Positions 61,205 to 64,000 of a stretch of 64,000 nt of DNA are shown in pieces. The stretch covers positions 15,314,001 through 15,378,000 of the forward strand of contig CM075987.1 of NCBI GenBank assembly GCA_038087875.1, in the 5' to 3' direction. How positions within the stretch are numbered: the first letter of the stretch is position 1; every line of letters starts with the position of its first letter. The notes below the pieces were generated by a model. That model had not been told where the DNA came from, ran no database searches, and worked only from the letters and a program-made list of their open reading frames with translations. The stretch comes from Malacoraja senta. Taxonomy: Eukaryota. The translations under genes and the position numbers were made by a program.

Positions 61205-64000
61205 ACTTTTCACCAGGATCTTACCTGGGCTTGTGGGCTTGACTTATAGGGAGAGGTTAGATAGGGTGGAACTTATTCTTTGGGCCATAGGAGGCTGTGG
61301 GGTGACCTTATTGAGGTGCACAAGATAACGTGAACGCTCGCAGTATTTCTCCCAGCGTAGAGGATTCCCAAACTAAGAGGTCATAGGCTTAAACCCCTGT
61401 CTCACGGTGCGAGCTGACCCACGAGGTACCCCGAGCTTAAAACAAATTTAACTCGTGGTAATCACGTACGATTAACGTAGCGGGAACGTCGGAACTCGTG
61501 GAGCAACTTAGTGACTCTTGGCGCTAACGGCAGGTACCCGTGACACTTGTTAACTCTTGGAAAAATTCAAACATGTTTAAACTTTTCCACAAGTAAAATG
61601 TACTCTTGAGGTTAAAATTTGAAACATTTAAACACGTTGTAAGAACGCAGTGGCCCGTGCGTTTACCTTAGTGACTCGTGAGTCTACCGTGGGAACGCTT
61701 TAACTCAGCGGGCAGGCAGCATCTCTGGAGAGAAGGAATGGGTGATGGGATGACGTTTCCAAATTTCTGCTGTGTCTTTGTGTAACTCCAGCACCGTGTG
61801 TTCACTTTTTGTCAACCAGCATCTGCCCTTTCTCGTGTATGACCTTATTTGTATCCGTGGCAGATGATTGTCGCTCCCTTCAGTTTCCCAGAGGTTGGGG
61901 TGACTTAGTACGGGAGACAAGTGTACTGACTGTGTGGGCAGACACTTTGGTAGTGATTGCCCATGGGGTTCACTGTCGAGGACTTCATAATGCAGGAAGC
62001 ATTATAAACAAGTGGAGCGATTAACCCTGGAAAGGGGGGAGACTTCTCTCTGAGTTGGACCCATTTGCAGGAATTTTCTTGAGATTATTAACGACATATA
62101 AATGGATGGGAAGGGTTTAGAGGGCAATGGGCCACATGCAGGCAAATAGGACTACCCCAAGACGCCAACTTGGACGGCACGGCCTATCTGGGCCGAAGGA
62201 CCTGTTTCCGTGTGGTACAGCACCATGACTAAAGCCTATCCAGTGGGATTGACATGTTTTGTATTTTTCCTTTCTAAAGATTTTAAAATGCAGTGTATTT
62301 TGGGGACTATTGCACACTGCAGACCAGAAGCGCTTTCAATACCCAGAGAGAAGGGATGGGTGGGTTAGGTGAGCAGGAGAGTGGGGTTGTTTGCAGTTGC
62401 AGAGGGAGGGGGCAAGGGCGGTACAGTTCCCAGTCTCAGCTCCTGTTCTACCGAGCGTGTGGACGTGGACGGGTGGCTTGGTTGGCGGCGGCCCATGGTG
62501 TGGCAGAGCCGGCGTGCCCGCTGACTCCCATCCCCCCCCCCCCCCTTGTCCGGGGCCGCGCTGGGAGAGAGCCCCCGAGCATCTGCCCCGGGGCGACGGG
62601 CACTGACCTGCTGGCATCGCCGACGTGAAGACAGTGCAAAGCCCCCACGCCCGGTGCAATGGGCGGCGAGCTGGAGAGGGAGGGAAGGGGTCACACACAT
62701 GGCTGGGAAGCAGAGGGGTGGGGGTGGGGGTGGCGACAGACAGGGCCAACAATGAGATGGAGAAAGACAGAAACACCGATGTGTAAAGGAGACCTACAAC
62801 AGTTCATGATCTCTCTCGCGTTATGGCGGGTGATTGTCGCCTGCCCTCTGTTTCTGACGCTAAAGCCTTGGGATCGTTGCCCTTCTTGTTGGCGTGGAGG
62901 GGGAGGGGGATATTGTGCTGTTTGATCGCCCCCTGCTATCCCAAGGACAGGGAGACACAGCGGCTTTTGAGACTGGTGGGCAATCACTACCAAAGTGTCT
63001 GCCCACACAGTCAGTACACCTCTCCTACACTTGTCTCCCGCACTAAGATCATCCCGCAGAGAATGATCCCAGCCTAACCCAAGAGCCTTGTCACCCCAGA
63101 CAGATTAATGACGCCCGCACATTCCCCCCCCCCCCCCCCCAACCTCCCTCTACCTCAACTCACGCCTGGGCACCAAAGCAGCTCAGGAGGCGAACCCTGA
63201 GCTCCGTCTCCCAACAATCTGATGTGTAACTGATGTGAAAGAACAGCGGCTGCGGCCCGCCGGCACCCGGCATGGACTTCTCACACCCTCACACACAAAA
63301 AGTGTGTGAGAATAAACAAAAACAAGGAATAAAACCAAAGCCTGGCTTGAAAGGCATCTAAAAAGATATTCCGCTTAGAACGAGCAGGCGCGGAGACATC
63401 CGTCCACATTCAAAGATTTCATCTCCCGTCTCCCCGCAGTGTGTAGACCTGGCAGTAAATTTAATTAAAATATAGCAAACCTCCGCTCGCTGGTCTTCTA
63501 ACTACGTGATGTGTGTTTCAAACAAATCATAAGTATAACTGCTCTGGCACTGGACGGTGTGGATTTTCCCTTTGTACGTCAAATCAATAGATGCGGCCGC
63601 GCTGAATTCTATCTTTAACTCAAAGCCGCAGGATGGAGATGTCTTCTTTAACACTGATGCTTATTAAAACAGACCTTCATTCATGGTTGGCTCAAGTGTA
63701 ACTCGGGAGAGGAACTTGGTAATTCGGGAGACGAACTTGGAACATCGCAGAAATGACAAGTAAACGGCAAACGTTGTCATACCCGTGGGAACTCGGTTAA
63801 ACTCTTGATTATACACTTGGAATCTCGTACACAACCACGAGTCTTTCAATCGGGGTACCTCGTGGGTCAACTCGCACCGTGAGACAGGGCTTTTAGGATG
63901 AAAGGGGATTTAAAAGGTACCTCATGGGCAACTTTTTCACTCAGAGGGTAGCCCATATCTGGAAGAGCTACCAGAGAAAGCTATAGAAGTGGATTCAACT
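61205..64000 (+). mobile_element. CR1 3' fragment split by the 2.5-kb DNA transposon (CR1 parts about 61205-61391 and 63893-64000)
   Basis: ggtcataggc-TTA-ggatgaaagggga..ggcaactttttcactcagagggt rejoins across the element. Confidence 0.75.
61392..63892. mobile_element. 2.5-kb non-autonomous PIF/Harbinger-type DNA transposon with internal cargo
   Basis: 43-bp TIRs (61392-61434 / 63850-63892, 41/43 match); TTA on both sides (61389-91, 63893-95); interrupts a CR1 fragment. Confidence 0.85.

Noticed and set aside
62293-63077. Transposase or Myb ORF inside the 2.5-kb element
   Set aside because: ORFs are short and low-complexity; no DDE or Trp-repeat Myb pattern seen.

Overview
Eukaryotic (vertebrate) genomic DNA, very likely a cartilaginous fish (skate/ray-like, judged from HE1/V-SINE, CR1/HER1 and Penelope-type repeats). 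The whole window lies inside one large + strand gene. 26 coding exons (407..60569) splice with canonical AG/GT sites and compatible phases into about 1,320 codons encoding 14 consecutive I-set Ig domains of a hemicentin, most similar to HMCN2 as recalled. Neither end of the gene is in the window. The introns are dense with nested tRNA-derived SINEs, CR1 and Rex1/Babar LINE 3' fragments and palindromic Penelope-type repeats. Almost all non-exon ORFs in the supplied track are repeat-derived or spurious. Highlights: (1) a 2.5-kb non-autonomous PIF/Harbinger-type element (43-bp TIRs, TTA duplication) carrying mosaic cargo, plus two small relatives; (2) a very abundant repeat containing a minimal hammerhead-ribozyme motif, best preserved on the antisense strand; (3) a 399-bp MITE with an 8-bp duplication and a third terminal repeat inside an internal hairpin; (4) GC-rich SINE-like elements with Rex/Babar-type 3' ends; (5) a phase anomaly at the donor of the last exon. 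Repeat family names come from recalled consensus features, not database searches, and most repeat boundaries are approximate.
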